DNA of 64,000 nucleotides from Planctomycetota bacterium (lineage in GTDB: Bacteria > Planctomycetota > MHYJ01 > WSZJ01): contig JACPRD010000003.1 of assembly GCA_016190145.1 (NCBI GenBank), positions 17,617 to 81,616 of the forward strand, in the 5' to 3' direction. How positions within the stretch are numbered: position 1 is the stretch's first letter; the number at the start of each line of letters is the position of its first letter. Below are positions 1-9,564 of the stretch, piece after piece. Made by a program: the position numbers and the translations under genes. The notes under the pieces are model-generated. The model ran no database searches and was not told where the DNA came from. It was given only the letters and a program-made list of their open reading frames with translations.

Positions 1-1
1 C

Positions 2-1486
2 CTCGAGGTTTCGGACGCATACGGCCGGAGGTTGGAAGGGATCGCCGCGGGGGTGCCCGGCGTGAAATCGGTCGGAAGGCGCACGGGGCGGGCGGAGGGG
101 GACGAGCACGTGGACGGCTCCAACGTCACCGAGGCCGTGGTGACGTTCGATCCGGCCTCGGGCCGCAGGCGGGAGGAGATCATCGAGGATCTCCGGAAGC
201 GGCTGGCGGAGGGGCTGCCCGGCCCGGCGGTGTCGGTCGAGCAGCCGCTCGCTCACCTCCTGAGCCACCTGCTTTCGGGCGTGAACGCCCAGGTGGCGAT
301 CAAGATCTACGGGCCGGATCTGGACGTGCTCCGGAGAAGCGCTGCGGAGACCGAGGCGGCGATCCGGAACGTCCCCGGGGTCCGGGACCTGTTCGTGGAG
401 CCGCAGGTGCTGGTGGACCAACCGGAGATCGTGCCGGACCCGGCGCGGTGCGCGGACGCCGGCCTCTTGCCCGAGGACGTCGCGGAAGCTGCCGATGCGG
501 CGCTCGCGGGGGAGGAACTCGGACGTGCCCGGCTGGGCCAGGAAGAATTCCCGGTGGTCGTGCGGCTGCGCGAGGAGGACCGGAGGGACCTGGAGACGAT
601 CCGGAACCTGCCATTGCGCGCCGGTGACGGGGAGTGGCTCCGGATCCGCGACGTGGCGGACGTCCGCATGAAAAAGTCCCCGAACACGATCCTCCACGAG
701 AACGGATCGCGGCGCATCGTCGTGCAGCACAACGTCGCAGGGCGGCCCCTGGGGGATGTCGTCGCCGACGTGGAGAAGGCGCTCGCTCCCGTGCGCGCGA
801 ATCTCGCGAAGACTCCCGGATACGAACTCCGCCTGAGCGGCCAGTTCGAGGCGCAGCAGGCCGCCACGCGACGCATCGGGTTCTTCAGCGTCGCCGCTTT
901 CCTCGCCATGGCCCTCATCCTCTTTGCGCATTTCCGCTCGGCGAACCTCACGTTCCAGGTCCTCCTCAGCGTCCCCGCCGCGTTCGTCGGCGCGGTCGCA
1001 TGGATCGTCGCCAGCGATCAGACGCTCTCGGTCGCCACGCTCGTCGGCCTGATCTCGCTGGGCGGCATCGCCGCGCGGAACGCCATCCTGCTCCTGGATC
1101 ACTACCTCCACCTCCTGCGGCACGAAGGAGCTCCCTTCGGCCCCGAAACCATCATCCGCGCCGGCCAGGAACGCATGGTCCCCGTTCTCATGACGGCCCT
1201 GTGCAGCGGGATTGCGCTCGTACCGCTCGCTCTCGCGCCGGACCAGCCCGGACGCGAGATCCTGTTTCCGGTCGCCACCGTCATCCTCGGCGGACTCGTC
1301 ACCGTCACCCTCGCCGAATTCCTCGTCACGCCCGGCGTCTTCCACGTCTTCGGCCGCGCCGCGGCCCTGCGGGCGGCCGCCCGACACGGGGAACCGGACG
1401 ACGACATCGAGAAGTTCCGCATGAGACTCCTCGGACATCAGCCTCCAGGCGATATGATCCAAGTGAAAGGAACATCCGATGCGTAA
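2..1486 (+). CDS. Heavy-metal efflux RND pump, CusA/CzcA family, C-terminal ~495 aa (5' end outside window)
   Basis: The frame is open from the window edge. A periplasmic porter-like segment is followed by hydrophobic helices (FFSVAAFLAMALILF, VLLSVPAAFVGAVAW, LVGLISLGGIAARNAILLLDHY, VPVLMTALCSGIALVPLAL, FPVATVILGGLVTVTLAEFLVTP) typical of the last TM bundle of HME-RND pumps. Confidence 0.85.
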   Translation, partial: LEVSDAYGRRLEGIAAGVPGVKSVGRRTGRAEGDEHVDGSNVTEAVVTFDPASGRRREEIIEDLRKRLAEGLPGPAVSVEQPLAHLLSHLLSGVNAQVAIKIYGPDLDVLRRSAAETEAAIRNVPGVRDLFVEPQVLVDQPEIVPDPARCADAGLLPEDVAEAADAALAGEELGRARLGQEEFPVVVRLREEDRRDLETIRNLPLRAGDGEWLRIRDVADVRMKKSPNTILHENGSRRIVVQHNVAGRPLGDVVADVEKALAPVRANLAKTPGYELRLSGQFEAQQAATRRIGFFSVAAFLAMALILFAHFRSANLTFQVLLSVPAAFVGAVAWIVASDQTLSVATLVGLISLGGIAARNAILLLDHYLHLLRHEGAPFGPETIIRAGQERMVPVLMTALCSGIALVPLALAPDQPGREILFPVATVILGGLVTVTLAEFLVTPGVFHVFGRAAALRAAARHGEPDDDIEKFRMRLLGHQPPGDMIQVKGTSDA

Positions 1487-2183
1487 GGCCATTCCCCTTG
1501 TTTTCGCATTTGCCCTCTGCGCCGCGACGGAAGACGCTCCCGTCGGGCCGCATGGAGGGAGCTGGCTGGAACTGCCGGGCGCCGCAGCGAAATTCGAGGT
1601 CGTCTACGAGAAGGAGCGGAAGCGCGCCGTCGCGTACGCCTTCGAGCCCGACGGCAAGACGCCGGCGCAGCTGAAGACCGCGCCGGAATTGAAGCTCGAC
1701 GCCCTCGACGACAAAGCGCCGCTTTCCGGGAAAGCGCTGAACGTGAAGGAGGGCGCCGCTCACGAATTCGAATTCGAGCGCGAGCCGGAGGAGAAACCCG
1801 CCGGCGACCCCCCGCCGAACAGCGGGCCGCACGGCGGAATGTGGCTCGACATCGCCTCCCACTCGGCGTTGCTGGAATTGAAGCACGAGCAGGCCCTCGG
1901 GCGAGCCACGATCTGGGTCATGGACAAAGACGGTGAAACACCGTTCGGGCTCAAGGAGTCGCCGGTGTTCAACCTCGACGGCTTCGAGGGACCGGTGCAG
2001 ATCCCGGGGAAAGCGATCGGGCTGAAGGAAGGGTTGGCAAGCCGGTTCGAATACGAGTCGCCCGACCTGAAGGTAGGGCCCCCGGGACTGGCGAGCCGGA
2101 TCGTGCTGCGGATCGACGGAAAGCAGTACAACGCCCCGATGATCAATCGTGAGCACGGCCACTCGCACGGGCCGAAGAAGTAG
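1479..2183 (+). CDS. Exported protein with two tandem ~105-aa repeats (GPHGG..WL ... KEG.A..FE.E) and an HGHSHG tail; possible periplasmic metal-binding partner of the pump
   Basis: The ATG overlaps the pump stop by 8 nt. It has a signal peptide (MRKAIPLVFAFALCAA) and a visible internal duplication. Confidence 0.7.
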   Translation: MRKAIPLVFAFALCAATEDAPVGPHGGSWLELPGAAAKFEVVYEKERKRAVAYAFEPDGKTPAQLKTAPELKLDALDDKAPLSGKALNVKEGAAHEFEFEREPEEKPAGDPPPNSGPHGGMWLDIASHSALLELKHEQALGRATIWVMDKDGETPFGLKESPVFNLDGFEGPVQIPGKAIGLKEGLASRFEYESPDLKVGPPGLASRIVLRIDGKQYNAPMINREHGHSHGPKK

Positions 2184-2328
2184 CGATCCCGGCGGCGCGG
2201 CCGAAGTCCATCGGCGCGGCGCCCCGGGGGTCCGCACGGGGCGGGCCGGCCCTCGAGGAGGCACGCCTGGATGGTCATGCCTCCGTCGGGCTTGACTCGG
2301 CCTCCTCCCAACCGCCAAAGTCCTTCCC

Positions 2329-5300
2329 ATGTCCGATCGGCCCGACGCGGTCCCGCCACGCCCGCCGGCCGGCGGCCCCGCGATCGACGTCACGCGCCGG
2401 GCGCCGGAGAGCGCGCTTCCGCAGGCGTCCGCGGCGCCCTCGCGGTTCGGGAGGTACGAGATCGAATGCGAGATCGCGCGCGGCGGGATGGGCGTGGTGT
2501 ACCGCGCGCGGCAGACGGACATGGGGCGGACGGTCGCGCTCAAGGTGCTGCTCGCGGGGGATCACGCGTCCGCGGAGGACGAGCGGAGGTTCGTGCGTGA
2601 AGCGGAGCTGGCGGCGCAGCTGGCGCACCCGAACATCGTGACGGTGTACGACGTGGGAGTGGAGGGCGGCCGCCGGTATTTCACGATGGAGCTGGTGGAC
2701 GGGGCGGCTCTGGACGTCTGGGCGAGGGGGAAGGGGCTGGAGGAGAAGCTCCGGCTGGCGGCGAAGGTCTGCCGCGCGGTGCATCACGCGAACATGTCGG
2801 GGATCGTGCACCGGGACCTCAAGCCCGCGAACGTCCTCGTGACGGCGGCGGGCGAGCCGAAGATCCTGGATTTCGGGCTGGCGAAGGCCGCACGGCCGGA
2901 TCCGTCGGGCGTCGCGACCGTCTCGGGAGCGGTCTTCGGGACGCCGTTCTACATGTCGCCCGAGCAGGCGGCGGGCAAGGTCCGGGAGGTGGACATCCGG
3001 ACCGACGTCTACGCGCTGGGCGTCATCGTGTACCAGCTCGCCTCGGGGCGGCTGCCGTTCGGGGGATCGGACGTTTTCGAAGTGCTGCAGAAGATCGAGA
3101 GCGAGGACGCGCCGTCGCTCGCGGAGGCGCCGCTCGACGTGCGCCTGATCGTGGCCCGGGCGATGGAGAAGGAGAAGTCGAGGCGGTACGCCTCGGCGGA
3201 AGCGCTGGCCGAGGACCTCGAGCGGTTTCTGCTGCGGGAACCGATCAGCGCGCGGCCGCCGAGCCTGGCGTTTCTGGCGAAGCGGTGGGTGCGGCGGCAT
3301 CGGACGGCGGCGGCGGTCGCGGCGGCGGTGGCGGCGTGCGGCGCGGCGCTCGCGGGATGGGAATGGACGCGGCCGGGGACGCTGGAGGTGCGCGCCGATC
3401 CCCCCGGCGCCTGGCTGGAACTCGACGGCCGCCGGATCGGCCCCGAGGCGCGCGTCGCCGCGGGCTGGCACGGGCTGCGCGCCGGCGCGGACGGATTTGA
3501 AACGGAGGAACGCGCGGTGCGCGTCGCCCGCGGCGAGCGGCAGGTCGTGCCGCTCGCCCTGCGCCGCTCGACGGGCAGGCTCTTTCTCGAGGCGGACGAG
3601 CGCGCGGCGACCGTGACGATCGACGGGAAGCCCGCCGGAGGGACCCCGCTTCAGGCGCACGTTCTTCCCGCCGGCGACCACGAACTCCGCGTCCAGGGGC
3701 GCGGCCTGCGCACGGTGACGCGCCGGATCCGCGTTGAGCGCGGCCGCGACGGCGCGGAATGGGTCTCCCTGCCCCCGTGCGGCTACGCCTTCACCCGCGT
3801 CCCGGACGCCGGCGCCACCCCCTTCGCCCTGCGCGACGCCGACGGCGACGGCATCCTCGACGTCGCAACCGCACTCCTCTACTCGCAGCAGGTCTTCAGC
3901 GGCCGCACCGCGGCGGAACTCCAGCGCACCCCCCTCCACGAGGGCACCTTCCGCGTCTCGCTCGCCACCGCCGACTGCGACGGCGACGGCGTCCCGGACG
4001 ACGTCGTCCTCGCGTACGGCGAGGGGACGGCGAGCCTGCAGGCGCTTTCCGGAAAAGGCCCGCGCGCGGGGGAAGCGGCGCCCGCGCAGGCGCGGCTCTG
4101 GCGGCGCGAATTCGCGCTGGCGTCGGAGGAACTGCGGCGGCCGCCGCTGGTCGTGGTGGGGGCCGAAGCCTGGGCGCCGATCGAGGACCGCGTCGTCCGG
4201 GTCCGCCTCGCCGATGGAACGGAATCGCCCGCCGCGGCCCTCCGCGGCGCGGTGGCGCTTCACGCCGTCGAAGGCGGGACGCTGGCGATCGGCGGCGAGG
4301 AAGCGCTGCTCCTGCGGGCCGATGCTTCCGCCGCCTGGCGCGCTCCCCTGGCCGGGCCGACCTTCGTGGTTTCGGCGGGCGCGCTCGTCCTGCGCGACGA
4401 CCGGGGGCTGTTCGCGCTCGACCGCGCGACCGGCTCGATCCGGTGGCGGACCCCGTTCCCCTCGGGCGCGGGCGCACTCTCCGTCTTCCTGGAAGCGGGC
4501 GGAACGGTCGTGGCGGCGGGCGAGGGGCGGATCGCCGGATTCGACGCTTCCTCCGGCGCCCCCGGGTATTCGATCGTCGAGAGCACGGCGGCGGGCCGGC
4601 CGCTCGTCGCCGCCGCTTCCGATGTTTTCTTTTACGCGCGGGACCGCGAGCTCGTCGCCCGGTCCTCGACGACCGGCGCGCTTCTCTGGACCTTCCCGCT
4701 TGCCACGCGGATCGTCGCGCCTCCCGCGGTCCAGGAGTCCCCCGGCGGCCTCGAGGTCTTTGTCGCGACCGCCGACGGCCTCGTGACGAAGCTCGACGCG
4801 GAGGGCCGCGAGACCGCGCAGACGCAGGTCGAGCAGCCTCCCCTCCTCCTCCATCCTTGCGCGCTCGACCGCGACGGCCGCACCGATCTCGTCCTCCTCG
4901 GTTACGGCGTCCAGGTCCTGCGCGACACGCGCGTCCTCTGGAAGCGCCGCATGGCGAACGCTGTCCGCCCGCTTCCGCTCGTCGTGCGCGTGGAAGGCCG
5001 GCCGCTCGTGATCCTCGCGGGGCGCTGGGAAGACGGCGAGTCCCGCCTGCGCGCGCTCGACGGCGCGACCGGCCGCGTCGCCTGGAGCCTCGACGAGGAC
5101 TTCGACGTCATCCGCGAGCCCGCCCTCGCGGACTGGGACCGGGACGGGGTCCCCGACGTCTGGATACACGTCAAGGCTCGCTTCGCCCGCCTCGCCGTCG
5201 TCTCCGGCCGCACCGGCGCGATCCTCGCCACCGCGCCCTCCACCGGCTCCGCCGTTCCCTACGCCCCCGCCGCCCTCCGCGACCTCGACCGCGACGGCAC

Positions 5301-6033
5301 CCTCGACGCCGTCCTCTTCCCCTGGGCCCAGGGCGCCTGGGCCGTCCGCCCCGGCGACGACCGGCCGCTCTGGAAAGCGGATACGGGCACTCCACTTTCC
5401 GCCCCCCTCGTCGAGGATCTCGACGGCGACGGCGCCCCCGAAATCGTCGCCGCCTGGGACCTCCCGGAAGGCGGCGGCGCGGTCGCCGCCCTCTCCCCCG
5501 CCGGGCGCGTCCTGTGGTCCCTCGACACCGACTGGGTCCCCCGCACCCGCCCCGTCGCCTTCGACACGGACGCCGACGGCCGCCCGGAAATCCTCGTCTC
5601 CGCCGCGGAAGGCCTCCTCGTCCTCGACTCCAAAGGCGCCCTCCGCTCCCGCCACCCCGGCCTCGGCGGCTCCCTCGCCGGCCCCGCCCCCCTCGATGCC
5701 GACGGCGACGGCCGCCCCGAACTCCTCACCGGCACGTCCGCCGGCGCCACCCTGCTCCGCGCCGACCTCTCCCCGATCTGGCTCTGGAAGGGCGCCCGCG
5801 TCTCCGGCGCCCTCGGCGTCGCCGACCTCCCCGGCGCCGGCCGCTGCGTCGTAGGCGCCGACCGCGCCGGCGTCCTCTTCTGCGCCCGCCTCGCCGACGG
5901 CTCCGAACTCTGGCGCATGCACGTCGGCCAGAGCGAATCCGGCGTCACGGTTGAGGACCTGACCGGCGACGGGATCGCGGAAGCCCTCGTCGGATCGGCG
6001 GACTACGCGCTGTACGCGATCGAGCTGTGGTAG
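2329..6033 (+). CDS. Ser/Thr protein kinase with TM helix, two PEGA-like domains and FG-GAP/VCBS beta-propeller repeats
   Basis: Hanks motifs are present: GRGGMGVVY, VALK, HRDLKPANV, DFGLA, GTPFYMSPEQ. The TM is TAAAVAAAVAACGAALAGW. PEGA-like segments are LEVRADPPGAWLELDGRRIG and LFLEADERAATVTIDGKPAGG. About 9 D.DGDG/DRDG..D repeats follow. Confidence 0.9.
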   Translation: MSDRPDAVPPRPPAGGPAIDVTRRAPESALPQASAAPSRFGRYEIECEIARGGMGVVYRARQTDMGRTVALKVLLAGDHASAEDERRFVREAELAAQLAHPNIVTVYDVGVEGGRRYFTMELVDGAALDVWARGKGLEEKLRLAAKVCRAVHHANMSGIVHRDLKPANVLVTAAGEPKILDFGLAKAARPDPSGVATVSGAVFGTPFYMSPEQAAGKVREVDIRTDVYALGVIVYQLASGRLPFGGSDVFEVLQKIESEDAPSLAEAPLDVRLIVARAMEKEKSRRYASAEALAEDLERFLLREPISARPPSLAFLAKRWVRRHRTAAAVAAAVAACGAALAGWEWTRPGTLEVRADPPGAWLELDGRRIGPEARVAAGWHGLRAGADGFETEERAVRVARGERQVVPLALRRSTGRLFLEADERAATVTIDGKPAGGTPLQAHVLPAGDHELRVQGRGLRTVTRRIRVERGRDGAEWVSLPPCGYAFTRVPDAGATPFALRDADGDGILDVATALLYSQQVFSGRTAAELQRTPLHEGTFRVSLATADCDGDGVPDDVVLAYGEGTASLQALSGKGPRAGEAAPAQARLWRREFALASEELRRPPLVVVGAEAWAPIEDRVVRVRLADGTESPAAALRGAVALHAVEGGTLAIGGEEALLLRADASAAWRAPLAGPTFVVSAGALVLRDDRGLFALDRATGSIRWRTPFPSGAGALSVFLEAGGTVVAAGEGRIAGFDASSGAPGYSIVESTAAGRPLVAAASDVFFYARDRELVARSSTTGALLWTFPLATRIVAPPAVQESPGGLEVFVATADGLVTKLDAEGRETAQTQVEQPPLLLHPCALDRDGRTDLVLLGYGVQVLRDTRVLWKRRMANAVRPLPLVVRVEGRPLVILAGRWEDGESRLRALDGATGRVAWSLDEDFDVIREPALADWDRDGVPDVWIHVKARFARLAVVSGRTGAILATAPSTGSAVPYAPAALRDLDRDGTLDAVLFPWAQGAWAVRPGDDRPLWKADTGTPLSAPLVEDLDGDGAPEIVAAWDLPEGGGAVAALSPAGRVLWSLDTDWVPRTRPVAFDTDADGRPEILVSAAEGLLVLDSKGALRSRHPGLGGSLAGPAPLDADGDGRPELLTGTSAGATLLRADLSPIWLWKGARVSGALGVADLPGAGRCVVGADRAGVLFCARLADGSELWRMHVGQSESGVTVEDLTGDGIAEALVGSADYALYAIELW

Positions 6034-7100
6034 CCTGCCCACACCCGCCTCAATCGCTGCCAGAGGAGACGCTTCGCTTGCCAACCATCGATCCGGACTT
6101 CGACCCCCTGGCCGCCCTGCCGGAGGACCTCCACCATCGAGACCAGGCGTTCCGCTACGCCGTGGTCAGCTTCGCGCTGATCGGCGGCGTCGGTATGGCC
6201 GTTGCCGGTCTCATGATCGGACACCATTACCGGGATCTCCTCCCCGGGAGAGAGGAAGCGGACTCGCTCCAGGTCGCTCTCGCGATCCTCTGGGGCGTGT
6301 CCGGCGGGCTTCTCCTCGGATCCCTCCCCGTCATGTTCCGGCGTCGAGCCCCATGGCTCGGCGCGCCCTTCCTCGTCCCGCCGGCGATGCTGGCGCTGCT
6401 GTGGCTCTTCACAGAATGGACCCGTCGCCGAATGAAACCCCCGACCCGGTGGGTGCTGGCCGCGTTTCTCCTCTGCCTGCTCGCCGCCGGCGCCGCGGGC
6501 ACGGTCAGGATCGTCCGCTGGAACCTGTCCCTCGACGAAACTCCGCGGCGGGCGGTGACGCTGGATCGGCCGTACTACGTCAGCGAGACCGCGATCACCG
6601 TGCGCCAGTTCACAGCCGTCATGGGCGCGGAGATCCTCACTTCCCGCAAGGAGTCCTGGCGGAACCGACCCCTCGACCGGTGGGACCGCCTCTCAGAACC
6701 TGCCTCGGCCCCGATGGACATCAATGGCCCTGCGCTCTGGGCCACGTGGGGCGATGCCACCGCTTTCTGCGAGAAGCTGAGCCAGCGGGTTCACAAACCC
6801 GTGCGGCTTCTGACCGAGGCCGAGTGGCAATTCGCCAACTGCGACGCCCCGGGGGCAGGGGCCTGGGGCCTGCGCGGATTCTCCGACGGGCACGGCGAGT
6901 GGTGCCGGGACATCTATGACCCCCGCGCCTACGCCAGAACCGCCGCGATCCGTCCGGAGACGACCGCGAATCCGGACCCGGAGAAGGCTCCCGCCCGGAT
7001 CGTCCGGCGCGAGGAGGGTGCGGCGTCGACCCGAAAGGGCTACTCCGACACGCTCGCCGACGGAAGGGTGTGCTTCCGGATCCTGGTGGAGGTCGAGTGA
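6027..7100 (+). CDS. Membrane protein with C-terminal FGE-sulfatase (SUMF1-like) domain
   Basis: The GTG start overlaps the kinase stop by 7 nt. Four or five hydrophobic helices are followed by YYVSETAITVRQFTAVMG, WGDATAFCEKLS, RLLTEAEWQFA and GHGEWCRDIYDP, which resemble FGE-sulfatase family signatures. The exact start is uncertain. Confidence 0.75.
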   Translation: MVACPHPPQSLPEETLRLPTIDPDFDPLAALPEDLHHRDQAFRYAVVSFALIGGVGMAVAGLMIGHHYRDLLPGREEADSLQVALAILWGVSGGLLLGSLPVMFRRRAPWLGAPFLVPPAMLALLWLFTEWTRRRMKPPTRWVLAAFLLCLLAAGAAGTVRIVRWNLSLDETPRRAVTLDRPYYVSETAITVRQFTAVMGAEILTSRKESWRNRPLDRWDRLSEPASAPMDINGPALWATWGDATAFCEKLSQRVHKPVRLLTEAEWQFANCDAPGAGAWGLRGFSDGHGEWCRDIYDPRAYARTAAIRPETTANPDPEKAPARIVRREEGAASTRKGYSDTLADGRVCFRILVEVE

Positions 7101-7146
7101 GGGAGAAGCACTCTCTGCCGGGAATTCGACCCGAGACTCCTGATCC

Positions 7147-8694
7147 ATGAACGCAGAAGCGGCCTACCTCTTCAGCCATGCCGTCCTCCGCGACGCCGCC
7201 TACCAGCTCCAGCTTCCGAGCGAGCGGGCTCGATTGCACCGGATCGCGATTCTCGCGATAGAAGCTTGCTGCGGAGGTCGTCCGGACACACTGCCGATGG
7301 CGTTCGGGTCCATTGGCCGAACCACCTGCCCCGCTCATCCCACGGATGAACTCGCCCGGGATCTGGCTGACCACGCGAGTCTTGCGGGAAACCGGCGCGG
7401 GGGAATGTCAGGTGTGCGACAGATCTACCTTCGACGCGCCGCAGAGAGCGTGGAGCGACGATACCAGTCTCAAGCCGCGGAGGACCTGTGGGTGTCGCTG
7501 GCGAGCCTCCTTCACGGGAGCGAGAGGTCGTGTGCGCTCTGGAGGGCAGGAATCTGCGCATCCAACGGCGGGAGGAGTCGGCGAGCGGAGGTCCTTTTCA
7601 GAAGATCGCTTGAGCTGGTGGTCAGATCGAACGACAGATTTGGAATAGCCGTCTTGAAGTCCGACCTCGGAACACTGTGCCGCACCATGGGGCGGGTCCG
7701 TGAGTCGGGCCGACTCTTCGAAGACGCGCTCGACATTCGTCGGAAACTCGGTATCCGAAAGCACGAAGGACAGCACCTCGCAAACGTCGCCATGCTCCAC
7801 AAGGATGTTGGGAGGTTCGACGACGCGGAGAGAGAATTCACGTCCGCACTGGAAATCCTGCGCCGGGCCGGCGATGGAAAATTTCTGGGGCTCTGCCTGG
7901 GTCACCTGGCGTCTCTCTACCTCGAAACGGGGCGAAGACTGAAGGCGGAACAGACCTTCGAACGCGCCCTGCAGATTCATCGCAGGGCGGGAAACAGTCG
8001 GCTGGAGGCCGTCTTCCTCTCCTCACGATCCGAGGTCTTTCTGCAATCAGGCAGAGTCGAACGGGCGGAACGCGATCTCAAAAGAGCGCTGGCATTGGAC
8101 CGCGAACTCGGAAACCGCCGATCCGAGGGGATTGCCCTCGGAAATCTCGGAATCGTCTACCGCCGGACGGGGCGAGTCGCTGAAGCGATGCAGGCGTACG
8201 AAAGCGCGCTGTCGATTCACCGCGAAGTGAGCAATCGGGCCTTCGAAGGCCTCGTCCTGGGCAATCTTGGCAACCTGCTGGCAGAGCAGGGCAGGCGGAA
8301 GGAGGCGCTGGACTCGTACGAGCAGGCGCTCCGGATCCACGTCGAAACGCGCAATCGGCGAAACGAAGGACTGACGCTGGGGAACAAGGCCAGTCTCTAT
8401 CTCGAAATGGGCCGTCTCGACCTGGCATCGAGGACTCTCTGCCGAGCCGTGTCGCTTCTGCGCAATGTCGGCGATCCTCGATATCTCGGTCTCGTGCTTT
8501 GCGACGCCGTGCCTCTGAAGCTGGCACAGCATCGTTTCGAGGCCGCGCGCAACGCCTGGACCGAAGGAGCGGCTCTCCTGCGCTCGTGCGGCGACATCCG
8601 GGCGCTCGAGTCCAAACGGGCGGACGTGCGAAGCGCGTTCGAAAAGGCGGGAGTTCCCTTCCGGACACCTCACCGGAACGAGGACAAGGCATGA
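7147..8694 (+). CDS. TPR-repeat protein; looks like the C-terminal part of a STAND/AAA-TPR regulator
   Basis: It carries about 9 tandem ~40-aa TPR_12-like units (.A...E.AL.I.R..G.R..EG..L.NLG.). The N-terminus YLFSHAVLRDAAYQLQLPSERARLHRIAILAIE matches the post-NTPase winged-helix motif of STAND ATPases. The GC is lower here. Confidence 0.8.
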   Translation: MNAEAAYLFSHAVLRDAAYQLQLPSERARLHRIAILAIEACCGGRPDTLPMAFGSIGRTTCPAHPTDELARDLADHASLAGNRRGGMSGVRQIYLRRAAESVERRYQSQAAEDLWVSLASLLHGSERSCALWRAGICASNGGRSRRAEVLFRRSLELVVRSNDRFGIAVLKSDLGTLCRTMGRVRESGRLFEDALDIRRKLGIRKHEGQHLANVAMLHKDVGRFDDAEREFTSALEILRRAGDGKFLGLCLGHLASLYLETGRRLKAEQTFERALQIHRRAGNSRLEAVFLSSRSEVFLQSGRVERAERDLKRALALDRELGNRRSEGIALGNLGIVYRRTGRVAEAMQAYESALSIHREVSNRAFEGLVLGNLGNLLAEQGRRKEALDSYEQALRIHVETRNRRNEGLTLGNKASLYLEMGRLDLASRTLCRAVSLLRNVGDPRYLGLVLCDAVPLKLAQHRFEAARNAWTEGAALLRSCGDIRALESKRADVRSAFEKAGVPFRTPHRNEDKA

Positions 8695-8755
8695 TTGCAG
8701 GGGCCTCGCAAGAATTCCGGTCGCATCGCGCCGCGCGGGCCGTTATCGTCCGGAA

Positions 8756-9472
8756 ATGAGCGACGATCGGCTGGGAGTCCTGAGCGAAGTTGGCGTATCC
8801 GTCCGTGACCTGCCCGCGGAGATCGCCTGGTTCGAACGCCTCGCCTGCCGGGTCGTCGAACGCGGCGGAGACCGCTGGGCCTGCGTGAGCGACGGCCATG
8901 CGCGTTACCTCGTTTCCGAGGGGACGCTCCCGCCCGCCTGCGCCCTCTTCCATGCCCGGGATCCTGAAATCGTCCGGAAGCGTCTCGATGCGATGGGGAT
9001 CGCGGCGACCTCCGCGGACGGCGGCCTGGCGTTCAGCGACCCCGGTGGCTTTCCGGTCCGCGTGCTGCCTCTGGGCTCCCGCGCCGCGGCACCTGCCGCC
9101 GCGCCGCCCTCGCTCCTCGGGACGTTCGGCGAGTGCAGCTGGCCCGTCGCCGACGCCCGCGCCGCCGCCGCCTTCTGGATCCGCTTTGGATTCCGCAAGC
9201 TCGGCGGCAACTGGGAAGACCCGAAACCCGAGCCGTATCCGTACGCCGTCCTCTCCGACGGCCAGCTCAAGATCGGCCTCCACGCCGCCACCGACGGGCG
9301 CCAGGGCGCGCTCATCGCCTACTTCAACCCGGACAACCCGGCGCGCATCGAAAAACTCCGCGCCGCCGGCGTCGAAGTCGCAGGCTTTCCTCCCCGGAAA
9401 CCGGCGCCCGACGCCGCGACCGTGACCTCGCCGGGCGGACTGAAGCTGTACCTCTTCCCGGGGGACATCTGA
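8756..9472 (+). CDS. VOC (glyoxalase/bleomycin-resistance fold) family protein, two-module
   Basis: It has two beta-alpha-beta-beta-beta-like halves (VSVRDLPAEIAWFERL..., WPVADARAAAAFWIRFGF...LKLYLF). Size and pattern are typical of VOC proteins. Confidence 0.7.
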   Translation: MSDDRLGVLSEVGVSVRDLPAEIAWFERLACRVVERGGDRWACVSDGHARYLVSEGTLPPACALFHARDPEIVRKRLDAMGIAATSADGGLAFSDPGGFPVRVLPLGSRAAAPAAAPPSLLGTFGECSWPVADARAAAAFWIRFGFRKLGGNWEDPKPEPYPYAVLSDGQLKIGLHAATDGRQGALIAYFNPDNPARIEKLRAAGVEVAGFPPRKPAPDAATVTSPGGLKLYLFPGDI

Positions 9473-9564
9473 AACGCGGGCGGCCGGCGGCAGCGCCGGT
9501 GGTATCCAGATTCCTGGCGGCAACCGGAGGTACCGTTGACGGAGGTCATTTCGGGTGCGCTGAG

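Noticed and set aside
2275-6084. A 1269-aa minus-strand ORF antisense to the kinase gene. The window holds similar giants at 18459..22424 (1321 aa), 24165..27053 (962 aa), 31956..35345 (1129 aa), 38448..41183 (911 aa), 42801..45065 (754 aa), 51591..54194 (867 aa) and 60527..62530 (667 aa).
   Set aside because: Their composition is Arg/Gly/Pro/Ala/Asp-dominated and low-complexity, with no recognisable motifs. Each lies exactly opposite, or out of frame to, a gene with clear family signatures. Such shadow ORFs are expected at this GC content because stop codons are rare.
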